Shown here one piece after another: positions 1-10,982 of a stretch of DNA of 64,000 nt. Numbering within the stretch: the stretch's first letter is position 1; each line of letters starts with the position of its first letter. A model generated the notes under the pieces. That model ran no database searches, was not told the origin of the DNA, and was given only the letters and a program-made list of their open reading frames with translations. The position numbers and the translations under genes are program-made. This stretch comes from Selaginella moellendorffii (taxonomy: Eukaryota > Plantae > Lycopodiophyta). Location: NCBI RefSeq assembly GCF_000143415.4, contig NW_003314301.1:282259-346258 (forward strand), given 5' to 3'.

Positions 1-112
1 CCTCTTTTTAATATATATGCTTGGTGTAGCAATTGCCCTTTGATTCAAGGGTAAGCAACAGCTTGTTCAGCTTCTCCAATTTGGTGAGAATCTTGGTGAG
101 TGCACTAAGGAG

Positions 113-177
113 ATGCATCGGGCTGCAGTGTTGCTACTGCTACTCTTTGGATTGTTCGGATCATTCTTCTGCAACAG
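113..177 (+). pseudogene. Captured 5' fragment (signal-peptide coding) of the methylesterase gene; also at 8529-8592(+), 14859-14922(-), 21778-21840(-)
   Basis: ATGCATC.GGCTGCAGTGTTGCT.CTGCTACTCTTTGGATTGTTCGGATCATTCTTCTGCAAC matches the start of the MES gene at 39139(-) and 41259(+); homology then stops abruptly. Confidence 0.85.
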
Positions 178-1703
178 TAGCGGCTGCCTCCATGCAATGT
201 GTCAATATTAGTACATGCATTGGGCCTATTTACCATATGTTTATTAAGCTTTCAACATTCCAAATGTTCTTCTTTGTTTTTGTCTGTTGTTTTTAAGTGA
301 TGATGCAGTTGACTACATTTCTAGCACATCACAGGTTCAGGAGGTTCACAATAGCAAGTCTCATTCATCAGATCAAACTCTTGACGACGTATGTAACAAG
401 TTCTTGAACTTACACCCAGGTATAGTTTCCATTATAATCAAAACTTTCCTTTAACATTGTAAGAATGCTATAGCAACCACTGAGCTTGGGAATAATAATG
501 ACGCAGCTATGAACTGTGTTGCAACAAAGCCTAATGTCACCAAGCACCACAACATTCCTAGTATGCATTACCGACATTTTTTGCTTTTTTGATTAATCAA
601 ATTTAACGTAAAGTCAAGTGGTGCTCCTAACAATAGTGGTATGCTACAATTGCTCTCAAATGATATTTTAATTTGCATTTTAGTTGGCAAAAGTTCTAAT
701 AGCATACTTGACATTAGTGGTATGTTTATTTCATGCCAACCATGCAACACCTACCACTGTGATGGCATTTATTTCAACAGGTATATGGTTTTCTTTTAAC
801 ATGGTTTCTTACAACATTCTTACGAAACTATATGTGGATTACTTCACTTCAACTTTTGATTCAATGCTACCACTATGTAAAAAATTATTTTTTGGGTGAT
901 ATTTTCTTACTATTTTTTGACATAGCAAAGCGTCAAATTAGTGACATATCACAAGATAATCTATGGTGTTCTATTACAAGTAGCATTTTCAAAGCCAGTG
1001 GCCACTCCTCAGTGGATCAAATTGCTGACTTGCAACTGCTATCTGGAGCTCAATATACACCCTATCTTGCTATGGAACTTATAATGGCTTCTGCAACAGC
1101 TTGCGGAGAACTAGCTCTACCACCTTCCCCAATGTCAACTTCACTGATATTGGTGGTGTTCATATTGCTACAACTTCTCTTTCTCAACATATTGCTGATA
1201 TGTTTGGTGGTCTATTCCTTTAGATTTGCTATTGATATTATTGCTTCCTCCCTAGTTTGTGAGTTCCCACCACTGAGGCCACCTATGCTTGATATAATTC
1301 CTATATCCAACTTGGTTCTTTTGCATGATCTCACGCTAGAAACCACATGATCAGCATTTTGCACTGCTGCAGCATACTTCCTCAGTTGACCTAAATGAGC
1401 AGAGCATAAACATGCTTATGACTTTGAGTATATTTACAAGGTATGCTTGAGCTTTCAATACAGCTGTTAATAATAACTACCATACTCCGGTTCAAGTTGC
1501 CGCATGTATGTCTTTTGCGTATGATAAAGTCAAGTCAGAAGGGTTTGGATGTCAAATGCCACTCAAAATATTTCACAACATCGAAGGAACAAGTGATTAT
1601 AATGTTTCCAAGATTGGACCTCCAACTATAGTTTACAATATGCCTGGGCTAGCACTATGGAATGCAACTCATGACCACTTGAAATCCATAACTTCTATGT
1701 ATC

Positions 1704-2125
1704 NNNNNNNNNNNNNNNNNNNNNNNNNNNNNNNNNNNNNNNNNNNNNNNNNNNNNNNNNNNNNNNNNNNNNNNNNNNNNNNNNNNNNNNNNNNNNNNNN
1801 NNNNNNNNNNNNNNNNNNNNNNNNNNNNNNNNNNNNNNNNNNNNNNNNNNNNNNNNNNNNNNNNNNNNNNNNNNNNNNNNNNNNNNNNNNNNNNNNNNNN
1901 NNNNNNNNNNNNNNNNNNNNNNNNNNNNNNNNNNNNNNNNNNNNNNNNNNNNNNNNNNNNNNNNNNNNNNNNNNNNNNNNNNNNNNNNNNNNNNNNNNNN
2001 NNNNNNNNNNNNNNNNNNNNNNNNNNNNNNNNNNNNNNNNNNNNNNNNNNNNNNNNNNNNNNNNNNNNNNNNNNNNNNNNNNNNNNNNNNNNNNNNNNNN
2101 NNNNNNNNNNNNNNNNNNNNNNNNN
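1704..2125. other. Assembly gap (N run)
   Basis: Run of N. Confidence 1.
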
Positions 2126-3188
2126 TCAATAAAGACAATCGTTATCCAGAAAGATGCTTTCTTAAGTCAGCCACTGTAAATGGGATCTCTGAAGTTATGG
2201 CCTTCAAACCGAGGTAAATGCATCAATATCAGTTATTCGAGAAAAGCTTTATATGTGTTTCATATAGCAATGCTTGATTTTCTTAATAGTAGGGTTATTC
2301 CTACCTATTAATTCAATTGATCAAATAAAAATTTATAATTTATAAACACAAGATTAATCTTATTTCATATCAACCATTAGATGGTAGAATAAAAAATAAT
2401 ATACTAGAAAGTGTTTAACCAAGTTTATAAATAATAAACATGTTTATAAATAATAAATACAAGATTAATCTAAGACTATCCTAGAATATCCAAGCATATT
2501 CTAGGTATATTCACTACCATCCCAGTTTCTCTGCAAATTTGCTTAAGCAAACAAAAAAAAGACAAAAAAATGCAACTATGTTGTGTTATAATATAAAATG
2601 TGTGTGTCTAGCTAGTAGAAAGCTTTGGAGTTGGTCAACAGTAACTAATAATGGCACATAGAGATATTCCAACCATAAGGTAGCAAATGTTTAGCAAAGA
2701 CTAACTAGTACAACTCCTTCTTTTCTCTCTATGTGTTCTCTCTCCTTGTCTCATTGTTAGTATTTGGAACAATATTTGGAATAAACCTTGGGAAGATGGA
2801 CTATAGCTGCCAACAACAATAACAATGGCAAGCTTTAATGAGTGTAGGTCCAAATCCAATAACAACTATAGTGACTTGCAATTGAATTGGGTCTGAGGGG
2901 CACAAAGTAGGCCATGCAATAGCAAAAAGACATCTAGTGTGTGTGATGCAACAATTACAAACACTACCCAAATGAGTGTCCACAATTAACAATGAATTGA
3001 GACAAGTGCTAGTATTGTTGGCAAACTAATCATCACTGGGAAGATTATTTTTACAAGCCAGGAAATCTAGCAATCCCTACAAGTTACATCAATACCTTGT
3101 TGTCATCACCACCATCTTCAGCTTGAGCACCAATTTTCTTTCAACACGCATTTTCTCTTTCAATTTAGACAATGAGCTACAAGCCAGC

Positions 3189-3345
3189 TGTAACGCTCTT
3201 AAGTTTGGACTTCCCGGGAGGTCACCCAGCCCAGTACTATTCAAACCGATTGGAAAAGGGGGTGCACTCTTGTTCATGGGCCCTTTCCCTCTATATTTGA
3301 ACCCCAACGGATCATCTCTCAAGTCGTTCCCTTTGGTTGCTTACA
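3189..3345. mobile_element. Solo LTR (157 bp)
   Basis: TGTAA...TTACA termini with 5-bp TSD CCAGC (3184-3188 and 3346-3350); the paralogous site at ~12000 is empty with a single CCAGC. Confidence 0.9.
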
Positions 3346-4559
3346 CCAGCATCTGAGGAAACAGATTAGGTACCAGCCTATATATGGAATCTGTCAGACA
3401 CAAGGCTTGCATAAGCAGGACAATTGCCTGCACAAGCTTAAGCCAAGCAAAAAGCAATGCAATTTTCATCTAACAAGTTGCACCAAAATCTAGAGTTATG
3501 CCATGGGCACAACAACATTAGTATATGGAGAAGTTTGTATTTCATGATGTTGAGGAGGAGGAAGAACTCTGTACTTGATGATGTTGAGGAGGAGGAAGAC
3601 ATAGAGAAAATTGCAAGAAAAAACCGCAAGGAGAAAAGAGAGAGTGAGCAGCCAAGATTAGATCCTCCCACAACAATTAACCAAGATAAACCAGTCTCTA
3701 ATGCCAAAATAACTACCTTGGCTAAGCTTTTACACAAAAAGTGGAAACATGTGCTAAATCTGGAAACACAGCCCTACAACATTCTTCAAGACTTGGACAG
3801 CCAATGCTTGAATATCACATTCGCTCAACTCTCACTCATGTGTATAAAATAAATTATATTCATCCAGCATTTGCTGGGCAAGTACTAATTTAATTATATT
3901 GCAAGATGTATGTTTGAAAATTTGTATCTATAAAGATTATTTTGCAAGTCACAGATCTCAAACAGAGTCCCCTTTTAAAGCTAAGGTTACCAAAAAGAAA
4001 ACTGTAGAAGTGTATGTTTCCTTGTAACTCATGCCACTTTTGCCCAAGCAAGGTGGCTGCCACCATTGCAAACTACTTATGGTGTTTGAGGATGAGGACA
4101 AGATCATTTCTTGAGATCCCAAGCTAGAGAATAAAAGTGGGAAGCAATTCCACATCAGCATCTACAATGTGCTGTGAGGCTGGGTTATGTGCATGTGCTT
4201 GTTTTGCATTGTGAAGCTGCCATTAGCAAGCAAAGAGCAACCGGGCTGTGTTAGCAAGAGATCAGGGAAGCATTGCACATGTTAGATATACTAAGTTTGT
4301 TCATTACACCCTTCTAGGGTAGTACAAACTTGCATAAAGCAGCAACACAACTCTTGCAATCTAGGGATGTCCACCACTTCCTAGGAAAGATCTTATTCCA
4401 AGACTCTTTGTTGTTTGGTAGTTGCTCTGGCTGACGAGCTGGGTGACAAAAAATTGACTTATTCCACACTGTGAGCTGCCCAGACGAACATCTGGGCAGT
4501 CTCAAAGGATTGCAAGATTGTGACAGTGATCCAAGTTCTCACTATCCTTCCTAGAACCT

Positions 4560-6093
4560 TTCATGTCTATGAGCTCAATGGACTTTGTCTAAACTTCAAA
4601 AGCTTAAGAGTTTTCTAAAGCATTGTTTCAAACTCCTTGATTCCATGTAGATTGTGGCAAGCAATGTCAGATCGAAAATCGAGGTGGAATCACCCATCCT
4701 CGGGGCAAGTCCGTGACCNNNNNNNNNNNNNNNNNNNNNNNNNNNNNNNNNNNNNNNNNNNNNNNNNNNNNNNNNNNNNNNNNNNNNNNNNNNNNNNNNN
4801 NNNNNNNNNNNNNNNNNNNNNNNNNNNNNNNNNNNNNNNNNNNNNNNNNNNNNNNNNNNNNNNNNNNNNNNNNNNNNNNNNNNNNNNNNNNNNNNNNNNN
4901 NNNNNNNNNNNNNNNNNNNNNNNNNNNNNNNNNNNNNNNNNNNNNNNNNNNNNNNNNNNNNNNNNNNNNNNNNNNNNNNNNNNNNNNNNNNNNNNNNNNN
5001 NNNNNNNNNNNNNNNNNNNNNNNNNNNNNNNNNNNNNNNNNAATCGAAAGATGTTTCCAGGAAGGGAGAGCGTAGTTGGAGGTTAAAGATGTGTATGCCA
5101 CATTGGTTTTCCAAGACAAGGGCCGGCAAGCATTTTCTCTAGGCTCTTGTGTTCATTTGCCCTTTTCATGCTGTACAAGGCAGAGTGTAAGCACGATGAG
5201 CAAGAACCAGAGTGGCGGCAGTTCCAGTTAGAAATGGGCTTAGAGTTGGAGGAGGATGAGGAGGCACAGGATGAGGAGGCCGTTTTTCTGGACCTGGAGT
5301 TTCCACATGATGGCATTGATCAACCTACTAACGATGTCACCTCCTCTGAGGAGGGCTTGATTGGCATTCCGATCCTGGATGTGCGTACACTAAAATTGGG
5401 AACTGATGTGAAGCACCACGACCTGCTATGTAAAGCTGGTCAGTATCTGAAATCTGCGTTAAGATCTGGTACAGGTTTTCATGTACGTGGATCACTGCCA
5501 GCTTAGGGAAGCAAGCAAGACCTCCAACATATCTTCATGTATGTACCAGTTTCTAGTTTCGTGTTTTGAAATCAATTTCTGTTTGTTTTCTGTATGCCAT
5601 GGACATGAGGGAATGGCGATATGCCATTTCTGAGATCGATGGATATGTGCCGGTCAAGGGAAACCAGCTGGTTGAAGCTTCTCTGCATTCGTTCCCTGAC
5701 TCACCCAGAGAGCCGATATCGGAAGAGGCCTTCACCAAGCAGGAGGTTCGGGATAAGTTTGCAGCCTGGAGAGCATCCTTGTTATCAAAGGACCTTACGA
5801 TTCCGGATGGGTTGCACCCTGTTGGCCGGTTGTACTACTGCTCCAAGGTGAGTTTTTGTCGTGTGTTTAAAGTCTTTTGCCTTGAACGTGCCAAGGTGAG
5901 TTTTGTTCGTGTGTTTAGAGTCTGTTGCTTTGAACAGGCATGGGGGATGCCGAGCTTTGAAAGCGGCTTTGCAGCCATCTCAGTGGGAGAGCTCAAGTTG
6001 TACTCGGGTATCCTGATTGGCCAGCGAGTGCGGCGCTGGACTCCAAGGAAAGTTTGGCAGTTCGCACCTGATGGTGGGCATGTGCCATGCTGA
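4560..6093 (+). pseudogene. Degenerate multi-exon gene of unknown function, convergent with the oxygenase; copies at ~17394-18950(-) and ~24440-25731(+)
   Basis: GC-richer, coding-like blocks (acidic LEEDEEAQDEE stretch; AMDMREWRYAISEIDGY...HPVGRLYYCSK followed by a GTGAG donor); indels and stops differ among copies. Confidence 0.45.
4719..5040. other. Assembly gap (N run)
   Basis: Run of N. Confidence 1.
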
Positions 6094-6357
6094 GGCCCCA
6101 TGGATTAACGTAGCTTTTGACCTTTGTTCCTTCCGCTTGACAAGCTTTTCCTTCTCTTAGGTGTGAAGTGAGTGTGTCAACTTAGACTTCTAACTACAAC
6201 CTGTAATATCTTAGAATCATTGTCTTTAGCCAGAGCGTGTTTCTACATTGTTTGGATCCCATATTGTTCTGCAAAAATTACAAAAAGATTCACGTAAACT
6301 ACGCATTTTCAAATGATGCTTTGTTCTCCGAACGAATGTCCTATGCCCGTTCTATTT

Positions 6358-7401
6358 CTATGCGTGCATTTGCCGGAAGGGGCAGCGCAAGCCTCCATCG
6401 TAGTATGGTCCAAGCTTGCCTGATTTCAGCGCTCCCAGCTCCGCCAGCTTGTATCCCTTCTCAAATGCCGGTGGCCGATACACATTCACGTTGAGCTGCC
6501 GGTACTCTTCCGGATTGGCAGCGGGATTAGGACACCAGTCCACCTCAATGCTGCCCTTTGCATCCTCCACACGCCTGGGAGGCAAGAACGCGGACACGAA
6601 GCTCCCGGCCAGCAGCTTGAACGCACCCAAGATGATCCACTCCACAATTGCTGGAGGCTTTTCCAATCCAACAGCGCTCCTGATTGTGGGATCGATGAGT
6701 GCACAGATCCCAGTCTCGACCAGCGGCTGCACGGGGCGAGGAAATGCATCCAGCACCAGATGCTTGAGATCCTGGACGATGCTCTTGTTCTTGTCCGTCA
6801 AGATGGCGTTCTTGGCCTCGTAATCGCGAATGTACTCCCGCATCTCTGGAATGCTATCTGGGATGGTTGTGATGCCCATCCTCACGCCCACGTCGTGCCA
6901 CACAACATACGCGGCCTCCTTCTCGTTGTCGGTCCACTTGCGGAATCCAAATCTCTCGGAGAAATCAATGGGGCTGACCACGTTGAGGCAGAGGACGTAG
7001 GCGAATTGGTCGTTTGGGATCTTGAATTTGTTGTGGATTCCATTCAATCTCCTCACCGCGTATGAGCCGCGATCACTGTCGACGTGGTGGTGGATCATCT
7101 CGCTCACCAGAATGTTGGTCTCGGCGGCGCGCTTCTGCGGATCCTTGAGGCCGTACTTGGTCTTGAAGAGCAGATTTGTGATCCCCGGGATGCCGAGCGT
7201 GCGGATTGTGCCAAACTCGAGCGCCTTTTGCGAGAGGAAGGGGAATTCCACCGAGTACATGTACCACAAGATCTTGTGTGCGTCTCTCACGGGGTGGAGC
7301 GACGCTAGAAATCGTGCCCTCTCTTCTCTCTTGCGGATACACACCATCTTCCATGCTGCAGCCATCACGAGAAACGCAATCATCAACACGATTGCAGCCA
7401 T
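6358..7401 (-). CDS. MpaB/Lcp-family (DUF2236) membrane-anchored heme oxygenase-like protein, copy 1, 347 aa, intronless
   Basis: N-terminal hydrophobic anchor; motifs EFPFLSQKALEF, RTLGIPGITNLL, KRAAET (R-x3-T), RRLNGIH (putative heme His), NDQFAYVL, FGFRKW, GVRMGI as in fungal MpaB and bacterial DUF2236 proteins. Confidence 0.85.
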   Translation of the reverse strand: MAAIVLMIAFLVMAAAWKMVCIRKREERARFLASLHPVRDAHKILWYMYSVEFPFLSQKALEFGTIRTLGIPGITNLLFKTKYGLKDPQKRAAETNILVSEMIHHHVDSDRGSYAVRRLNGIHNKFKIPNDQFAYVLCLNVVSPIDFSERFGFRKWTDNEKEAAYVVWHDVGVRMGITTIPDSIPEMREYIRDYEAKNAILTDKNKSIVQDLKHLVLDAFPRPVQPLVETGICALIDPTIRSAVGLEKPPAIVEWIILGAFKLLAGSFVSAFLPPRRVEDAKGSIEVDWCPNPAANPEEYRQLNVNVYRPPAFEKGYKLAELGALKSGKLGPYYDGGLRCPFRQMHA

Positions 7402-8415
7402 TTCGAAATGGTGAAAACTGTTTGATCGATCTGATCAACTTGATTGGAGAATGTTTTCTACTCCTCTGTGGGTTGAGGAAACAGAGGCTGGAGAAGGGTC
7501 TTTTATACTATCAGAGCTATTAGAGATCACATTTCACGTTTTTTATTTCTGTGTGATCCGTATTCTGTACGTTACACACATAGCCACATACTTGGAGAGA
7601 AATCTTGTTGTTTTATACGCTGCACGTTTTCCACACAGTTATCTGTCCATGCAATTTATCGGTCCTACCAACTTGAACGTTTCACGTTTAGAACTGGATT
7701 CTGTGTCCTTTATTACAGATTTCACAAAAGATGCAGTAGAAACCATATTTAAATTAGTATATTCGTAATGTACCAAAGTTTTTTTGGTTGTTTCTCTTAA
7801 ACTAGTATACAGTTTAATCTAGCATAATTTCAAGAAATACCATATAATACAATATGGTTTCTCGGTTTATTCATATGTATAAGAGATTTAAATAAATAAT
7901 GTATTTTTATTGTAATGAATAATGTAGAATTTGGTCAACTTCATTTTCTTTTATATTATTTATTTTTCACTTTAAAGTCATGGTTATTATAGATCAACTT
8001 CTATGCATTTGGTGTAAAGCTCTTGGAGCAGCCATGCCGGATGGATGACATCACTGGCAGCTAGATCCATGGAGTGGGCTGCTTGAGGGTGAAGCTCGAT
8101 TCAGGCCTGGCCGCCCATCAAGAAGGCTGTTGACCTGGACATTAGGTAACTGTGACTTGATGTGACTTGGCAGCTTCTTACTACCACGAGGGTCTCTTGA
8201 AGCTTAACAGCACAAGCTTGGTTAAGAGTAATTGCAACAGTAATGTTGCCCCAAAACATGGCAAGCGCATGGTCAGGGGTATACTAAGCTAGGAGCAAAC
8301 GGTTCATACTCTTTCTAATAAATTGGAATTGCCATATCTTATCATAAATCGGAAAGTCATAATAGAAAAAACCTTATAGTTTGCTTCCTTGCTTTCCACG
8401 TTGACAGCTCTAACA

Positions 8416-10982
8416 TCTCTTTTTTAATATATATGCTTGGTGTAGCAATTGCCTTTTGATTCAACGGTAAGCAGCAGCTTGTTCAGCTTCTCCAATTTGG
8501 TGAGAATCTTGGTGAGTGCACTAAGGAGATGCATTAGGCTGCAATATTGTTGCTGCTACTCTTTGGATTGTTCAGATCATTCTTCTACAACAGCAGTGGC
8601 TGCCTCCATGCAATGTGTCAATATTAGTACATGCATTGGGCCTATTTACCATATGTTTATTAGGCTTTCAACATTCCAAAAGTTCTTCTTTGTTTCTGTC
8701 TGTTGTCTTCAAGTGATGATGCAGTTGACTACATTTCTAGCACATCACAGGTTTAGGAGGTTCACAATAGCAAGTCTCATTCATTAGATCAAACTCTTGA
8801 CGATGTATGTAACAAGTTCTTGAACTTACTGTAGCGCACGTGGTTTTTACCCTTTATCCTATGGTGATTTACCAAAGGATAACACTACGAAGCGAAACCT
8901 AAACCCTCTTTGTGCCACGTGACAAGATGCCATGTGTCACATGCCACGTGTCCAAAGGACAGTGGTGTGGAATCCGAGTTTCAGGGCCTTAGGCCACTGA
9001 ACAAAGGAACGGTGCCAAACCCCCAAGCATGGAGCCAAGGAGTGATGGAACTGGCCCACAGAGCAACTCTCTAGTATATAGCCTAAGGAGCGAAGGAACA
9101 GGAGCCCGGAGCGACTTGGAACAGTCCTAGAGCAACTAACATCCCAATGGCAGGACCAGCATGCAAAATGGAGCCAAACGGAGTCTGGCGCTATTTCAAC
9201 ATACCGGTGGCCTAACACAAGGACATGGGTACTCCACCAGCTAGCATGGAATGGAACTTGGGCTTAGACACAAGTCGGACGCAGAACAAAGACAAGCACG
9301 CAAGCAGGAGCTAGACTATGCCTCAGGTTTGTCAGCCATGCCCGACCTACCCACTATCCCTACTATACATTATACATTTGGAACCCCCCATAGCCCCCCC
9401 CCCCCTCCCCCCTTGAGGAACACACGCTTTGGGCTTTCACCCCAAGCCTCCCTTAGTATCAGGAGTTAGTCTCTAGGAGAAGCTCGAAACTTACTAAATA
9501 TGGAATGTCCCTAGATTGCGAATTTGGACACGGGACGAACACCATTGTGTTCAGGATGATCTCTACATTCCGTAGATATGCCAAATGAGCAAATGTCTAT
9601 ATTTCATGATGTTGAGGAAGAGGAAAAACTCCATATTTGATAATGCTGAGGAGGAGGAAGACCTAGAGAAAATCACAAGAAAGAACCGCAAGGAGAAAAG
9701 AGAGAGTGAGCAGCCAAGATCAGATCCTCCAGCTACAATTAACCAAGATAAACCAGTCCTTGATCCCAAAATAACTACCCTAGCTAAGCTGTCATGCAAA
9801 AAGTGGAAACACAGCCCTACAACATTCTTGAAGACTTGGACAGTCAACGCCTGAATATCACATTCGCTCAACTCTCACTCATGTGTATAAAATTTATTTT
9901 TATATTCATCCAGCATTTGCTGGGCAAGTACTAATTCAATTATATTTCAAGATGTATGTTTGAAAATTTGTATCTATAAAGATTATTTTGCAAGTCACAG
10001 ATCTCAAACAAAGTCCCCTTTTAAAGCTAAGGTTACCAAGAAGAAAACTGTAGAAGTGTATGTTTCCTTGTAACTCATGCCATTTTTGCCCAAGCAAGGA
10101 GGCTGCCACCATTGCAAACTACTTATGGTGTTTGAGGATGAGGACAAGATTGTTTCCTAAGATCCCAGGAATCTCAAAGTTAAAGAATAAAAGTGGGAAG
10201 CAATTCCACATCAGCATCTGCAGTGTGTTGTGAGGTTGAGTCATGTGCATGTGATTGTTTTGCATTGTGAGGTTGCCATTAGCAAGCAAAGAGCAACCGG
10301 GCTGTGTTAGCAAGAGATCAGGGAAGCATTGCACATGTTAGATATACTAAGTTTGTTCATTACACCCTTCTAAGGTAGTACAAGCTTGCATAAAGCAGTA
10401 ACACAACTCCTGCAATCTAGGATGTCTGCCATTTCCTAGGAAAGATCTTGTTCCAAGACTGTTTATTGTTTGGTAGTTGCTCTGGCTGATGGGCTGGGTG
10501 ACAAATATTTGACTTATTCCACACTGTGAACTGCCCAGACAAACATCTGGGCAGTCTCAAAGGATTACAAGATTGTGACAGTGATCCAAGTTCTCACTAT
10601 CCTTCCTAGAACCTTTCATGTCTATGAGCTCAATGGACTTTGTCTAAACTTCAAAAGCTTAAGAGTTTGCTAAAGCATTGTTTCAAACTCCTTGATTCCA
10701 TGTGGATTGTGGCAAGCAATGTCAGATCAAAATTCAGGTGGAATCACCCATCCTCGCGGCAAGTCCATGACCACGATCGTATACAGCAGTGCCATCATCA
10801 CCAAAAGAGAGTCACCAAAGTCAGAGAAGGTGGAGGGGGGCAGCTCATAAGGTTTTGGTTCGTCTTTGGAACACATTAGGGCTCTGCTCATAGGAGTTGC
10901 TCCCACAGCACAACTCGCAGCGCTACAGCAACAAGCACCACTATTCCAAGTGTCACCTAGCAAGATTACTTAAGAGCAATTT
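8416..10982 (-). repeat. Amplicon unit 2 (partial; interrupted by an LTR fragment with ~3.1 kb deleted)
   Basis: 8416-8829 equals 1-410; 9596-10770 matches ~3537-4718; the unit ends at the inversion junction. Confidence 0.85.
8830..9595 (-). mobile_element. LTR retrotransposon 3' fragment (LTR, polypurine tract, short internal remnant)
   Basis: Begins TGTAGCG exactly where the host sequence (..GAACTTAC) breaks; the C-run at 9394-9412 reads as a G-rich PPT on the minus strand; absent from other copies. Confidence 0.6.

Larger units (their letters stand above)
1..8415 (-). repeat. Amplicon unit 1 (~8.4 kb duplication unit with the oxygenase on the minus strand)
   Basis: Positions 1-410 recur in direct orientation at ~8416-8829, and the whole unit recurs reverse-complemented at 11-24 kb. 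Confidence 0.9.

Noticed and set aside
832-1350. 172-aa hydrophobic ORF (237 aa in the inverted copy at 13635-14348)
   Set aside because: Frame differs between copies, the block is deleted in unit 4, and no motif is recognisable.
3457-3852. Acidic/basic ORF (EEEEDIEKIARKNRKEKRE) repeated four times
   Set aside because: Low complexity, with ends and frames varying among copies; cannot be supported as a gene.
1508-5129. Long ORFs containing X runs
   Set aside because: Artefacts of translating through N gaps.
6416-7523. Multiple antisense and alternate-frame ORFs over the oxygenase copies
   Set aside because: Shadow ORFs of a GC-rich CDS; they recur only because the gene is duplicated.
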